Shown piece by piece: positions 9,620-19,761 of a stretch of 64,000 nt of DNA. Source of the DNA: an uncultured Spirochaetales bacterium. GTDB lineage: Bacteria > Myxococcota_A > UBA9160 > SMWR01. Position 1 is the first letter of the stretch. Every line of letters begins with the position of its first letter. Where the stretch lies: assembly GCA_964653555.1 (NCBI GenBank), contig CAZZFT010000009.1, forward strand, positions 1,040 through 65,039. Reading direction: 5' to 3'. The position numbers and the translations under genes are program-made. Under the pieces are notes generated by a model, which was not told the origin of the DNA, did no database searches, and saw nothing but the letters and a program-made list of their open reading frames with translations.

Positions 9620-10618
9620 CTAGAAGGCTCCAGCTCGCGCCACCCCGCTGAAGTCGATGAAGCCGTCGCGCGAGTAGCCGCACGCGAGCTCGGGCCGCTC
9701 GAGCAGCAGGTCCGCGCTGCGCTGGTCGAGCGCATCGGTGCCCAGCCGCTGGGGCAGCTCGCGCGCGCGGGTCAGGGCGCGGCTTCCGCGCTCGAGCGCG
9801 TCGCGGTCGTCGCGCTCCCGTCCGATGCAGGTCAGAACCACACCGAGCTCGAGGTTGTAGTCCACGCGATCGGGGGAGATCGCCAGGGCTTTCTCGATGT
9901 AGCCGAGCGCGCGGTCCTTGTCACCGTGGACGCCGATCATCCAGTCGAGCCAGGGCCAGTCGGGCAGCAGCCGGTAGAAGGCGGAAGAGGCGAAGTACAG
10001 GTTGCCGAGCGTGTGGTTCCACTCGTTGTCCGCGTAGGTCGGCTGGAGCGCGATCGCGCGGTCGATCAGATCGGCGATCGGCCGGGCCATCGAGGCCGAT
10101 CGCACCGCGCCGGACGAGGTCGCCAGACGTCCCATCGAGGACATCTTCCAGAACACGCACTCGCCGCACTGCGGGTCCGCCGCCAGCGCCCGGTCGGCCC
10201 AGGCGAGGGCTTCGGCGTAGGCCGCCTGGCGACCGGGCTTGTCCTCTCGCGGCATCCGCTCGCCCGCTCGCCAGAGATTGCGCGCGACGCGCCAGGCCAG
10301 GAAGGCGGAGGACGGATGCGCGCTCACGAGCGACTCGTAGCGCGCATTCGCCTCGCGCAGCGCCTCCTGCTCCTCGAGCGCATTGCCCTCGCGCCAGAGC
10401 GATAGCTCTCCCTCGTCCAGCCCCAGGCTGGCGATCGCCGCCGGCAGCACGGGGGCCTGCTGTGCGCGACCCGCTCCCGCGATCGCCATCAGCACCACGG
10501 CCCACCCCGCCGCCCTCCACCCGGCGCGGCGGGACCCACTCCTCGGAGCCTGCGCGACCGCCAGGGGCCGCGGGCCGGCATCGGTCGGGGTGGCCATGGA
10601 GGGCACACCGTACGCCAC
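9620..10618 (-). CDS. Secreted TPR-like helical repeat protein
   Basis: Signal-like AGWAVVLMAIAGAGRAQQ, then helical repeats. 18 nt upstream of the RND gene on the same strand. Start uncertain. Confidence 0.5.
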   Translation of the reverse strand: MAYGVPSMATPTDAGPRPLAVAQAPRSGSRRAGWRAAGWAVVLMAIAGAGRAQQAPVLPAAIASLGLDEGELSLWREGNALEEQEALREANARYESLVSAHPSSAFLAWRVARNLWRAGERMPREDKPGRQAAYAEALAWADRALAADPQCGECVFWKMSSMGRLATSSGAVRSASMARPIADLIDRAIALQPTYADNEWNHTLGNLYFASSAFYRLLPDWPWLDWMIGVHGDKDRALGYIEKALAISPDRVDYNLELGVVLTCIGRERDDRDALERGSRALTRARELPQRLGTDALDQRSADLLLERPELACGYSRDGFIDFSGVARAGAF

Positions 10619-10666
10619 CGCCCGGCGGCTCGCCGGCCCGGCCCGGTCACCCCCGGGGAGGCCGAA

Positions 10667-11305
10667 TCAGGCCCGTTCCAGCCGCGCGCGGAGCTCCTCG
10701 CGCCACACCGCGGCGAGGGCCGGGTGCTCCGCAGCGCGTCGCAGGAGCGCCGCGTCCCCGGCCCCGCGCGCCAGCCCCTGCACGTCGGCCACCGAGAGGC
10801 CGTGGGGATCGGCCGAGACGCGCTCGATCGCATCCCCCGCGCCGATCTCGCCCTCCTCGACCACCCGGAAGTAGACCCCCGAGCGCCCGCTCTGGAGGAA
10901 GTGCTTGGGCAGGTCGACCCGCTGGTGTCGCGCCGCCAGGTTCTGACAGGGAATGCGCGGCTGGCTCACCTCGAGCACCGCGTCGCCGATCCGGAACCGG
11001 TCGCCGATGCCCACCTCCGACTCGCGCATGCCCTCGGTGCTGAGGTTCTCGCCGAAGGCGCCCCAGGGAAGCGCGGAGACACCCAGCCACTCGCACCAGA
11101 ACGAATAGTGCTCGGCCGGGTAGGCGTAGACGGCCTTGTCGGCGCCGCCGTGCACGGTGAGATCGGCCTGGCGGTCGCCGGCCAGGTTGTGTCCGCGCAG
11201 CGCCACGCGCCCCGTCACCGCGTCCTTGAAGATCGCCGTGCGCAGCGTCCGATCGCGCCAGGAGACTTCGCGCGGCAGGCCGACGTTCACCGAGAGCACC
11301 TTCAC
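10667..11305 (-). CDS. MOSC domain protein (YiiM-like)
   Basis: GTG at 11305. VKVLSVNVGLPREVSW...GDRQADLTVHGGADKAVYAY...LEVSQPRIPCQNL. Confidence 0.8.
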   Translation of the reverse strand: MKVLSVNVGLPREVSWRDRTLRTAIFKDAVTGRVALRGHNLAGDRQADLTVHGGADKAVYAYPAEHYSFWCEWLGVSALPWGAFGENLSTEGMRESEVGIGDRFRIGDAVLEVSQPRIPCQNLAARHQRVDLPKHFLQSGRSGVYFRVVEEGEIGAGDAIERVSADPHGLSVADVQGLARGAGDAALLRRAAEHPALAAVWREELRARLERA

Positions 11306-11405
11306 ACGCGCCAGGCTAGCGAAGTGCGGTGCGGCCTCCGCGCTTCGCGGGGCGCTCGCCGAGCCCCTATCGTCTGGCCCCGTCCGCGCGCCGAGGTGCC
11401 CACCC

Positions 11406-12017
11406 ATGCCCCGCACCCTGGAGTTCTTCTTCGACTACGGGAGCCCCTACAGCTACATCGCGAACGCGTTGCTGCCCGGCCTCGCGCGGCGGTACGGCGC
11501 GCCGCTGCAGTATCGACCGATGCTGCTGGGCGGCGTGTTCCAGGCCACCGGAAACCGCTCGCCGGCCCAGGAGCCGATCGCGGCGAAGCGCGCCTACGGC
11601 GGGCTCACCCTGGGGCGCACCGCCGCCCACCACAACGTCCCATTCCGCCTGAATCCGCACTTCCCGATCAACACCCTCGCCTTGATGCGCGGCGCGGTGG
11701 CGGCGCAGCGAGCGGGGGTGTTCGACGCGTTCCACGCCGCGATCTACCCGGCGTTCTGGGCCGGGGGACGCGACCTCGGCGACCCGTCGGAGGTCGCCTC
11801 GGTGCTCGCGGCGGCCGGCGTCGACGCCGCCGCGCTCGCCGAGAGCGCGGCCCAAGACGAGGTGAAGCAGGCGCTGCGCGCCAACACCGACGAGGCGGTC
11901 GCCCGCGGCGCCTTCGGCGCGCCCACGATCTTCCTGGGCGACGCGATGTACTTCGGCGTCGACCACCTGCCCTACCTCGAGCGCGCGCTGGAGGAGGGCT
12001 CCCCCCGCTCCGGCTAG
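11406..12017 (+). CDS. 2-hydroxychromene-2-carboxylate isomerase / DsbA-like thioredoxin-fold protein
   Basis: MPRTLEFFFDYGSPYSYIA...GAFGAPTIFLGDAMYFGVDHLPYLE. Confidence 0.8.
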   Translation: MPRTLEFFFDYGSPYSYIANALLPGLARRYGAPLQYRPMLLGGVFQATGNRSPAQEPIAAKRAYGGLTLGRTAAHHNVPFRLNPHFPINTLALMRGAVAAQRAGVFDAFHAAIYPAFWAGGRDLGDPSEVASVLAAAGVDAAALAESAAQDEVKQALRANTDEAVARGAFGAPTIFLGDAMYFGVDHLPYLERALEEGSPRSG

Positions 12018-12068
12018 CCCGGGAGGGGTCCGCCTTCGCTCGGCTTCGGCTCGCTGCGCCTCGGCCGC

Positions 12069-13547
12069 CTAGCGACCGAGCGCGAGCACACCCTCCGCGT
12101 CGAGGCGCGCGGAGCGGCCGCAGAACTCCTCGCGCGTCATCGCGGAGGCGGCGTCGCGGTCGCTGACGTTGCCCCAGGCGCGCCGGCCGTCGGGCAGGCG
12201 GCAGGCGACGTGCGCGATCTCGGGCGCGCCGTCGGCGCCGTACATCACGCTGTAGGCCTCGATCGCCACGGGGCCCGTGTGCGCGAGGGCGACGCCTCGC
12301 TTCGGCAGCGCGTCCACCTCCGGCTGGGGCTCGACGTGGCGGAAGGGGCGCTCGGGAGGAGCGGTCGAGTACACGCAGAAGGAGTGCTTGCTCAGATAGC
12401 CGCCGTTGCCCGTGACCAGCCCGACGGCACCGGGGTCGTCGCGCAGCACCTCGGCCATGCGCGCGATGCCGTGCATCGTGTAGTTGTTCATGGGACCGCC
12501 GCCGAAGGTGAGGCCGCCGGTCACGGTGAGCGGCTGCGACGTGTCGAGACCCAGCTCCTGCGCCGACACCTGCACCGCGCTCGGGAAGCAGCTGTAGAGG
12601 TCGCGGTGGGCCAGGTCCTTCGCCTCGACCCCGGCGAGTTCGAGGGCGCGCCGGCCGGCGATCCGGATCGCCGGCGAGCGGTGGAGCTCCTCCCGCTCGG
12701 AGACGAAGAGATGGTCGTGGGCGTCGCTGGCGGCCCACGGGTAGACCCACTTCTCGCGCGGCACGCCCATGCGCGCCGCCATCTCCTCGTGGGTGACGAG
12801 CAGGGCGGCTCCCATGTCCACTCGCGAGTTCGAGTTCAAGAGCATCGGGTAGGGAAAGCTCACCGGCCGGTTCTCGGGACCGGGCGTGCGGATCTGTGCG
12901 GCGCTCTTGCGCTCGCGGATCCACGCGCTCGGGTTGCCCGCCGCCACGGCGCTGAACCCCGCCCACAGCTCCGAGATGCGCTGGAGGTGGCCCTCCACCG
13001 ACTCGCCGCGCGCGGCGCGCAGCGCGATCTCGAAGATCGGATACATCTGGATCGGCTGGCGGATCCCGCGCGCGAGCTCGGCCTCGTGGGAGAGCACCAG
13101 GTCCTCGCCGATCGTCTCGTCGGGCGTGCCCGGGGCGGCGCTCCAGCCGGTGAGGCGTCCCCGCTTCGAGAGCTGCGCCCAGGTCCGGCCGCACTCGGCG
13201 CCGGTGAGCAGGGCGACGTCGAGGGCGCCGCGCTGGACGTCGAGGAAAGTGCGGCTGGTCGCGGTCTGGGCGTAGTTGCCGCCGTACTGGGTGAGGGCCG
13301 TCCGGGCGCTCGGGCAACCCAGTCGCTCCGCGAGGGCGCGACCCGGATCGGTGTAGCGCCACATCCCGCGCACCACGCGCACGGCCTCGGCCCGGGCGAG
13401 CCAGGCGCGGCTGCCGGCGTCCTCGGCGGCGCGCTGGCAGGCCAGGACCATCAGATCCAGGGGCTCGTTCGCGGCGTCGAGATCGTCGGTGCGCTGGAGC
13501 ACCTGGGCGACGCCGACCAGGACCGGCACCCGGGTCTTCGCGCTCAC
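12069..13547 (-). CDS. Thiolase-like (acetyl-CoA acetyltransferase family) protein
   Basis: 492 aa, ...DLYSCFPSAVQVSAQELGL...LTVTGGLTFGGGPMNNYTMHGIA. The GTG start overlaps the upstream stop (GTGA). Confidence 0.7.
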   Translation of the reverse strand: MSAKTRVPVLVGVAQVLQRTDDLDAANEPLDLMVLACQRAAEDAGSRAWLARAEAVRVVRGMWRYTDPGRALAERLGCPSARTALTQYGGNYAQTATSRTFLDVQRGALDVALLTGAECGRTWAQLSKRGRLTGWSAAPGTPDETIGEDLVLSHEAELARGIRQPIQMYPIFEIALRAARGESVEGHLQRISELWAGFSAVAAGNPSAWIRERKSAAQIRTPGPENRPVSFPYPMLLNSNSRVDMGAALLVTHEEMAARMGVPREKWVYPWAASDAHDHLFVSEREELHRSPAIRIAGRRALELAGVEAKDLAHRDLYSCFPSAVQVSAQELGLDTSQPLTVTGGLTFGGGPMNNYTMHGIARMAEVLRDDPGAVGLVTGNGGYLSKHSFCVYSTAPPERPFRHVEPQPEVDALPKRGVALAHTGPVAIEAYSVMYGADGAPEIAHVACRLPDGRRAWGNVSDRDAASAMTREEFCGRSARLDAEGVLALGR

Positions 13548-14437
13548 GGGAGGTGGCGCCTCACGAAGGCCCCCGCCCGCTCGAGCGACTCGCGCCCCTC
13601 CGGAATCAGGTCGGAGAGACCGTGGAAGCCGTGGATCATCTCGGGCACGACCTCGAGCGTCACCGCCACCCCGTCGCGGCCGGCGCACGCGGCCAGGCGA
13701 GTCGAGTCGTCGCGCGTGATGTCGATCTCGCCACAGGACAGGAACATCGGCGGCAGCCCCGAGAGATCGGCGTGGATCGGCGAGAGCAGCGGATCGCGCA
13801 CGTCGCCATCGGGGCCGGCGTAGTCGCGGCCGCGCGCGCGGATCCAGTCCGGGTCCACGTAGGGATCGACGCCGCGCGGGTGGCGCGCCGAGTCGCCGCT
13901 CATCTCGAGGTCGTACCAGCCGGTCAGCCCGACGAAGGCGGCGGGCAGGGGCGACCCCTCGTCGCGCAGACGCAGCAGCAGCGCGACGCCGATCCCGCCG
14001 CCGCAGGAGTCACCGGAGACGACGATCCGGTCGGGCGGCGTGCCGCCGGCGAGGAGCGCGCGGTAGACCGCGTGGGTGTCGTCGAGCTGGGCCGGAAAGC
14101 GGTGCTCGGGAGCGAGCCGGTAGCCATAGACCACGGCGCGCGCAGCGAACGGGCGCGAGAGGCGGGCCGCATAGGGGATGTAGTGCTCGACTCCGGTCGA
14201 GACGAAGGCGCCGCCGTGCACGTGGAGCAGCACGCGGGTCGAGCCCTCGCTCTCCGGCGTGCCGATCCAGGCGGCGTCCACGCCGCCCAACGCCGTCCGC
14301 TCCACCGCCACGTCCTTCGGGTACTGGGTGGGATGGATGCGGTGCATCTTCTCCCGCACCAGCTCCGGCGGATCGCCGGGAATCGCCAGGCCCGGCTTCA
14401 ACGCCTTGCGCAGCTGCTCGTACTGGGGGCTCGCCAT
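13544..14437 (-). CDS. Alpha/beta hydrolase (HSL-type esterase/lipase)
   Basis: ATG at 14437 after GAGGAAGA. HVHGGAF oxyanion motif and GDSCGG nucleophile elbow. Confidence 0.8.
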   Translation of the reverse strand: MASPQYEQLRKALKPGLAIPGDPPELVREKMHRIHPTQYPKDVAVERTALGGVDAAWIGTPESEGSTRVLLHVHGGAFVSTGVEHYIPYAARLSRPFAARAVVYGYRLAPEHRFPAQLDDTHAVYRALLAGGTPPDRIVVSGDSCGGGIGVALLLRLRDEGSPLPAAFVGLTGWYDLEMSGDSARHPRGVDPYVDPDWIRARGRDYAGPDGDVRDPLLSPIHADLSGLPPMFLSCGEIDITRDDSTRLAACAGRDGVAVTLEVVPEMIHGFHGLSDLIPEGRESLERAGAFVRRHLP

Positions 14438-14549
14438 CTCTTCCTCGCTCGTCGCGCGCCACGGCGCTGGGCGCGGCGGGCGATCATAGACGATCCGCGC
14501 GCGATCGGGCTGGACTTCACCCGGGTCACCGAGCAGACTGCCGACGGAA

Positions 14550-15227
14550 ATGATCTTCGATCTCCTGAGCGCGGCCCTCGGCACCTTCGTCGGCCTGCTT
14601 CCGATCGCCAACCCCTTCAGCACCGCGGCCGTGTTCGTGGCGGTCACGAAGCGCTTCACCGAGGCCCAGGCCCAGGACCAGGCCCGACGCGCCTGCATCT
14701 ACATGGCGATCGTCCTGCTGGTCTCGCTGTTCGCGGGGGCGCTGGTGATGGAGTTCTTCGGGATCTCGATCCCGGCGCTGCGCATCGCGGGCGGGCTGAT
14801 CGTCGCGCGCATCGGCTTCGGCATGCTGAACCCCGAGCCCGAGGAGGACGTCGGCGAGACGGCAAAGGAGGAGGCCCTGCACATGGCCGACCTGGCGTTC
14901 ACGCCCCTGGCCATGCCGATGCTGAGCGGCCCCGGCTCGATCGCGGTGACGATCGGCATGGCGGCGGGAGCCGAGACCGTCGGGGAGTACCTGGCGATCG
15001 CCTTCGGCATCGTGCTCGTCTCCTTCGTGTCGTGGTTGGTGCTGCGCAGCTCCCGTCGCATCGTCGCGCTGCTCGGCCCGACCGGCATGACGGCCCTGGT
15101 GCGGGTGATGGGCTTCCTGCTGGTGTGCGTCGGCGTGCAGTTCGTCGGACTGGGCGTGATCCAGGTGCTCTCGGACGAGCACGCGCTGCGCGCGGTGCTC
15201 GAGGGGCTGGACGCCGCCCGGCACTAG
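14550..15227 (+). CDS. MarC-family (UPF0056) integral membrane protein
   Basis: 225 aa, LLPIANPFSTAAVFV...MPMLSGPGSIAVTI. Confidence 0.85.
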   Translation: MIFDLLSAALGTFVGLLPIANPFSTAAVFVAVTKRFTEAQAQDQARRACIYMAIVLLVSLFAGALVMEFFGISIPALRIAGGLIVARIGFGMLNPEPEEDVGETAKEEALHMADLAFTPLAMPMLSGPGSIAVTIGMAAGAETVGEYLAIAFGIVLVSFVSWLVLRSSRRIVALLGPTGMTALVRVMGFLLVCVGVQFVGLGVIQVLSDEHALRAVLEGLDAARH

Positions 15228-15257
15228 CCCGGCAGGAGCCCGCGAGCGCGCGCTCCG

Positions 15258-16241
15258 CTAGTCGGACTCCGCCCAGAAGTCGTACCAGTTGAACCACTGG
15301 TACGGAGCGCGGAAGCACATCTGCTCCAGGTGGCGCACGAAGCGCCCGAGCATCTCCCCAACGACGACGTCGCGCTCGGCGCGCGGGACGCGACCCCCCG
15401 AGTAGAGCGGAGCGGACTCGACCCGGTAGCGGCCGTCGCCGATCCGGCGCGCGCACGCCACGATCACCGGGCAGCCGATCAGCGCCGCCAGCTGGAAGGG
15501 CCCCTCGGAGAAGCGCGCGGGAGCCCCGAGGAAGGGCAGCGAGCGCGCCCCGCCACCCGAGAGCGGCACACGATCGCCCATGATCGCGACGAACTCGCCT
15601 CGCTCGATCGCCGCGCGGATCTCGAGGGCCGAGCCCGACTCCTCCGGGCGCACGTGGATCATGCGCAGGCGCAGACTCGGGTTCAGGGTGGCGAGGACGT
15701 CGTTGATCGCCCGGGCGTTGTCGTCGTGGATCACGACGCTCACGGGCACGTCGGCGTCCAGGCAGATCGATCGCATCATGTCGAAGCAGCCGTGGTGCGC
15801 GCCGACGATCAGCGCGCCGCACTTGCCCAGGGCATTGCGGTTCGCGCCGCGGCCGTCGGGGAGGTGCGCGAAGTGTTCCTCGCCACGGTGCTCGAAGACG
15901 AAGGCGTCGTCCACGCCCGCGAACACGCACACCCGGTCGAGGATCGCGACGGAGAACTCGAACACCTGCCGGTAGGTATCGATCCAGCCCGGCGGGTGAC
16001 CGAGGGCGGCGCGGCCTTCGGGTGTCGCACACAGCCGGTGTAGGTATGCGCGCGACGCCCGCCGCGCGGCCGGATCGGTGAGCACGAAGTAGGCGGCGAT
16101 CGGCCTCAGCAGCGCCTGCGCCGCGGGGCGTCCGATCCACCGGATCAGCCTCACCAGCAGGCGCAGGCTCGCCGCGGTGCCCCGTTCGGTCTTCGCCGTC
16201 CAGGGTGGACGGCCCACGGTGTCCGGCTCGCCGGAGGCCAC
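15258..16241 (-). CDS. LpxL-/lysophospholipid-type acyltransferase-like protein
   Basis: C-terminal third of ORF 15258..17660: ...GALIVGAHHGCFDMMR...FVAIMGDRVP...GPFQLAALIGCPVIV. GTG at 16241 assumed (alternative 16217). Confidence 0.5.
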   Translation of the reverse strand: MASGEPDTVGRPPWTAKTERGTAASLRLLVRLIRWIGRPAAQALLRPIAAYFVLTDPAARRASRAYLHRLCATPEGRAALGHPPGWIDTYRQVFEFSVAILDRVCVFAGVDDAFVFEHRGEEHFAHLPDGRGANRNALGKCGALIVGAHHGCFDMMRSICLDADVPVSVVIHDDNARAINDVLATLNPSLRLRMIHVRPEESGSALEIRAAIERGEFVAIMGDRVPLSGGGARSLPFLGAPARFSEGPFQLAALIGCPVIVACARRIGDGRYRVESAPLYSGGRVPRAERDVVVGEMLGRFVRHLEQMCFRAPYQWFNWYDFWAESD

Positions 16242-16252
16242 CGAGACCCCCG

Positions 16253-16900
16253 TCAGGGCTTCCGGGCGACGGGGCACTGGTCGCTGATCTCCCCGAGGTC
16301 CTCGGAGCGGACCTCGAAGTGCGCCACGGGCGGGTCGCTCCAGTCGATCGCGATCACGAACACGGTGTCGTAGTCGCTGTTCTTCCAAGCGGGTACCGAC
16401 GCGGTGCTGCCGAGCCGCTTCAGCACCACCTCCGCGACGGAGACGATCTGGAGGTGCTCCCAGGCGACGTAGATCGTCGCGGACCGGTACGCGGGCGCGA
16501 GCAGCTCGTCGGCGAGCCGTCCGGGATCGTTGAAGGGAAGCTGGGTGTCGATCGGGAGCTCCAGGCGGATCGCCGTCGGGGCGATCGTGAGCAGGGGCCG
16601 GACGTAGTCGTAGCGGAGGCCGTCCCCGTGGATCTCCGTCGCCTTCACGGAGGGATCGGGGGCGAACACGTAGTCGGGCGCCGGGAAGTGCTCGGCGAAG
16701 AAGTCGGGGAGCAGCAGGGCGCGGTTGAGCCCGCGGCAGGTCAGCTGGCCGAGACCCTCGGGCGGCTTCTCGCCGTGCCGCACGATCACGATCGTCTCGA
16801 CGGGGACCCTCGACCGGGCCTCCTCGGCGCGCGCGGGAAGGAACGTCGTCGACGCGAGGAGGAGCGCGGTCAAGGCGATGCCGGAGACGGGGCGGTGCAC
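16253..16900 (-). CDS. Secreted histidine-phosphatase-superfamily protein
   Basis: Signal peptide (IALTALLLASTTFLPARAEE), then IVIVRHGEKP (RHG motif). Confidence 0.6.
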   Translation of the reverse strand: MHRPVSGIALTALLLASTTFLPARAEEARSRVPVETIVIVRHGEKPPEGLGQLTCRGLNRALLLPDFFAEHFPAPDYVFAPDPSVKATEIHGDGLRYDYVRPLLTIAPTAIRLELPIDTQLPFNDPGRLADELLAPAYRSATIYVAWEHLQIVSVAEVVLKRLGSTASVPAWKNSDYDTVFVIAIDWSDPPVAHFEVRSEDLGEISDQCPVARKP

Positions 16901-16966
16901 GTCCCCAGACCTCTAGCCTTTCCCGGGAGCGGAAGGAAGCCGGCAGGGAGCCGGCGCGCTCCGGCG

Positions 16967-17419
16967 CTAGCGGCGGCGCAGACCCAGTGCGACGAGACCG
17001 AAGCCGAGCAGCAGCGCCGTACCCGGCTCGGGGACCACCACCACGCTGAACACGCTGTTGAAGGTCGCCCGATCGCCGGCGGAGAGCGTGAAGCGGTGCG
17101 TGATGCCGATGTCGCTGGAGGCGCCGGGTCCGGGAATCGACCCCGGGGCCACGCCTGCCGACTGGTTGTCGACGGCCGTGCCGAGCAGGCCCGCTACCAA
17201 GCTGTAGGGATCGCCGTAGAGCGACAGCGCGCCGCTGCCGTCGATCTCTCCGTTGTAGAGCGGGGTGGCCGGTGACGGTGCCCAGGGTGGCCGATCCCGA
17301 CCCGTTCGCGTCGGACACCGAGAGCGCCGACGACACGTACATCAGCGACGTGGGCAGCACCGGCAGCACCGGCACGGACACCGAAAGCGTGAAGGTCTGC
17401 GTCGGCGCACCGCGGCCGC
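16967..17419 (-). pseudogene. PEP-CTERM protein remnant (no N-terminus, frameshifted)
   Basis: ...TFTLSVSVPVLP...SDANGSGSATLGTVTG in one frame continues as TPLYNGEIDGSGALSLYGDPYSL...VVVVPEPGTALLLGFGLVALGLRRR* in another (shift near 17262). It starts directly at the stop of the upstream gene with no signal peptide. Confidence 0.6.
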
Positions 17420-17890
17420 TCAGGGAGACCCCTGGCGATCCGGCGGCTGCAACCCGGCGGCGAGCGACAGCCGGTTCCAGGCGTTGATCGCCGCGATCGC
17501 GAAGACCAGTCCGGCCAGGGCCTGGGGCTCGAAGAGCCGACGGGCGGCGCTCCACGCCTCCCCGTCGAGCCCGCGCTCGGCGGCGAGCGTGAGCGACTCG
17601 CCGAGGGCGAGGGCGGCGCGCTCGCGCTCGTCGAAGAAGGGCACCTCGCGCCAGGCGCACAACACGTCGAGGCGCTGGGCGTGCTCACCGGCCTCGCGCG
17701 CCTCCCGGTGATGCATGTCCAGGCAGAAGGCGCATCCGTTCAGCTGGGATACGCGGGTGCGCACCAGCGCCAGCAATCGCGGCTCGAGACAGGCGCTCGC
17801 GACGGCGCCCTCGAGGTCGTTCATGGCGCGGTAGGCGTCGGGCAGCTCGCGAAACAGGTTCAGGCGCGAGATCGAGGGCTTCGGCGTCAT
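17420..17890 (-). CDS. Carboxymuconolactone decarboxylase / AhpD-like family protein
   Basis: 156 aa, ATG at 17890, VSQLNGCAFCLDMH (CxxC) motif. Confidence 0.8.
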   Translation of the reverse strand: MTPKPSISRLNLFRELPDAYRAMNDLEGAVASACLEPRLLALVRTRVSQLNGCAFCLDMHHREAREAGEHAQRLDVLCAWREVPFFDERERAALALGESLTLAAERGLDGEAWSAARRLFEPQALAGLVFAIAAINAWNRLSLAAGLQPPDRQGSP

Positions 17891-17967
17891 GGGCCCGCAA
17901 GGTCGAATGCCGCCGCGGCGCCGACAAGAGCCACATCCGCTTCGCGCGACGGGTCCACCCGCCGCCG

Positions 17968-19731
17968 TCAGACGTCGAGCGCCCGGTGCTGGTAGAGCTC
18001 TCCATCGCGGAAGCCGAGCCTGCGGTAGTAGGGGCGCGTTCCGACGGCCGAGATCACGGCGAGTCGCGCGAAGCCGGCCTCGGCGGCGAGCCGCGCCGCC
18101 TCCGCCACCAGCGCGCGTCCGAGACCGGCGTGCTGGGCGGCCGATTCGGCGCGCTCGCCCAGTGGCAGCGACGCGCCGTACACGTGCACCTCGCGGATCA
18201 GGGCGCAGCCCTCGATCTCGGGCACGGGCGCCGTGCCGCGGGGCAGAGCGAGGCGGAGGAAGGCGGCCAGGCGGTCGTCGCGGGTGACCCACTCGAGGAA
18301 GCGCTCGCCGCCGATCGACGTCGCGTAGGCCGTCTCGCGCAGGTACAGGCCGCCGGCGCCGCCCGCTCCGGCGCGGATCTCGCGACTGCGAATCTCGCGC
18401 GCGACGCCGCCGCGCCCGGCGAGCGCGCGCTCGGCCACCTCGCGCAGGTTGGCAGTGTGCGTGCCGGCGGCGACGTCGCGGGCCGAGAAGTCGCGGATCA
18501 CGCGCGTGAGGCGACACCAGCGCGGTGTCGCCTCGATGCAGTCGGCGAGCAGCGCGACCAGGGTGGCGTCGTCGTAGGGGAGCCAGGCGCCGCGCGCATG
18601 GTAGGCGGCGAGCTCGGCGCTCTCGACCAGCAGACAGGGATAGAGCTTCAGCTCGTCCGGGCGGAAGTCGGGATCGTCGAACAGGCGGCAGTAGTCGCGG
18701 GCGTCCCGCTCGGGATCGGCGCCGAGCAGGTTCGGCATCCAGTGCGCGTGCAGCTTGAAGCCCGCAGCGCGAAGCCTTCGGAAGGCCCGCCTCGTGGTCG
18801 CGACGTCGTGGCCGCGGCGGTTCGCGGCGAGCACCGCATCGTCCAGGCTCTGGACGCCGAGCTGGATCTTCGTGGCGCCCAGCCGGCGGAGGCGGCGGAT
18901 CTCGTCGTCGTCGATGCCGTCGGGGCGGGTCTCCAGGGCGAGCCCGACGCAGCGCGCTCTCGCCGTCTCGTTGCGCCGTTGGACGGCGGCGAGCGCCTGC
19001 CAGCTCGAAGCCTCGCTCGAGTCGAGCAACGAGCCCGCGTGCTGCGCGGCGAGATGTCGGGCCACCACCCGGTTGTACGCTCCTGACCCCAACGATCGCC
19101 CCTTCGGCGCCGCGAGCTCCCGGTAGCGCGCTGGCGCGGTTCCCGCCTCGTCGCGGCCGTCCACGCCGGCACCGAAGTCGTTCATCGCCTCCAGACAGCG
19201 CCGGACGAACCACACCTGGTAGGTCTCGGGATAGTGCGACCAGGTTCCGCCGAGCACGATCAGCTCGACCTTGTCGGTGGGGTGCCCCATGCTCCGGTAG
19301 GCGGCGAGGCGGCTCCAGGTCTGGAGATAGGGGTCGAAGCGGTTGTCCTCGGCCCGTTGCGCACCCGGCTCGTCGGCGAGGTAGCTCTTGGGCATGCGCA
19401 CGTCGTTGGGACAGAAGATGCACGTCCCCGGACACGGAAAGGGCTTGGTCAGGACGGTCACCGGAGTGACACCGGAGAGCGTGCGCACCGGTCGCAGCCG
19501 CAGCCGACGCACGAACTCGTCCTCGGACAGCGCGCCGCCGAAGGCGCGAAAGCCGGCGATGATCTCGCTCTTCGAGTACAGACCGCCCCGCTTCGGATGG
19601 CGCTTCACGATGCGATCGAGCGCGGGCGCATCGAGCTCGGGGATCCGCGCGATCTCGGCGATGATCGCACTCAGCTCCGCGCGGTGCGGAGCGGGATCGA
19701 AGTCGGCGCGGGGCCTTCGCAGGGGCTGCAT
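17968..19731 (-). CDS. elp3: Elp3-like radical SAM + GNAT acetyltransferase
   Basis: 587 aa from ATG 19731. PCPGTCIFCPND radical-SAM cluster motif. C-terminal GNAT (HAGLGRALVAEAARLAAEAGFARLAVISAVGTRPYYRRLGF). Confidence 0.8.
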   Translation of the reverse strand: MQPLRRPRADFDPAPHRAELSAIIAEIARIPELDAPALDRIVKRHPKRGGLYSKSEIIAGFRAFGGALSEDEFVRRLRLRPVRTLSGVTPVTVLTKPFPCPGTCIFCPNDVRMPKSYLADEPGAQRAEDNRFDPYLQTWSRLAAYRSMGHPTDKVELIVLGGTWSHYPETYQVWFVRRCLEAMNDFGAGVDGRDEAGTAPARYRELAAPKGRSLGSGAYNRVVARHLAAQHAGSLLDSSEASSWQALAAVQRRNETARARCVGLALETRPDGIDDDEIRRLRRLGATKIQLGVQSLDDAVLAANRRGHDVATTRRAFRRLRAAGFKLHAHWMPNLLGADPERDARDYCRLFDDPDFRPDELKLYPCLLVESAELAAYHARGAWLPYDDATLVALLADCIEATPRWCRLTRVIRDFSARDVAAGTHTANLREVAERALAGRGGVAREIRSREIRAGAGGAGGLYLRETAYATSIGGERFLEWVTRDDRLAAFLRLALPRGTAPVPEIEGCALIREVHVYGASLPLGERAESAAQHAGLGRALVAEAARLAAEAGFARLAVISAVGTRPYYRRLGFRDGELYQHRALDV

Positions 19732-19761
19732 CGGCGCTCTCGAGCGGGCACCAGCATAGCG

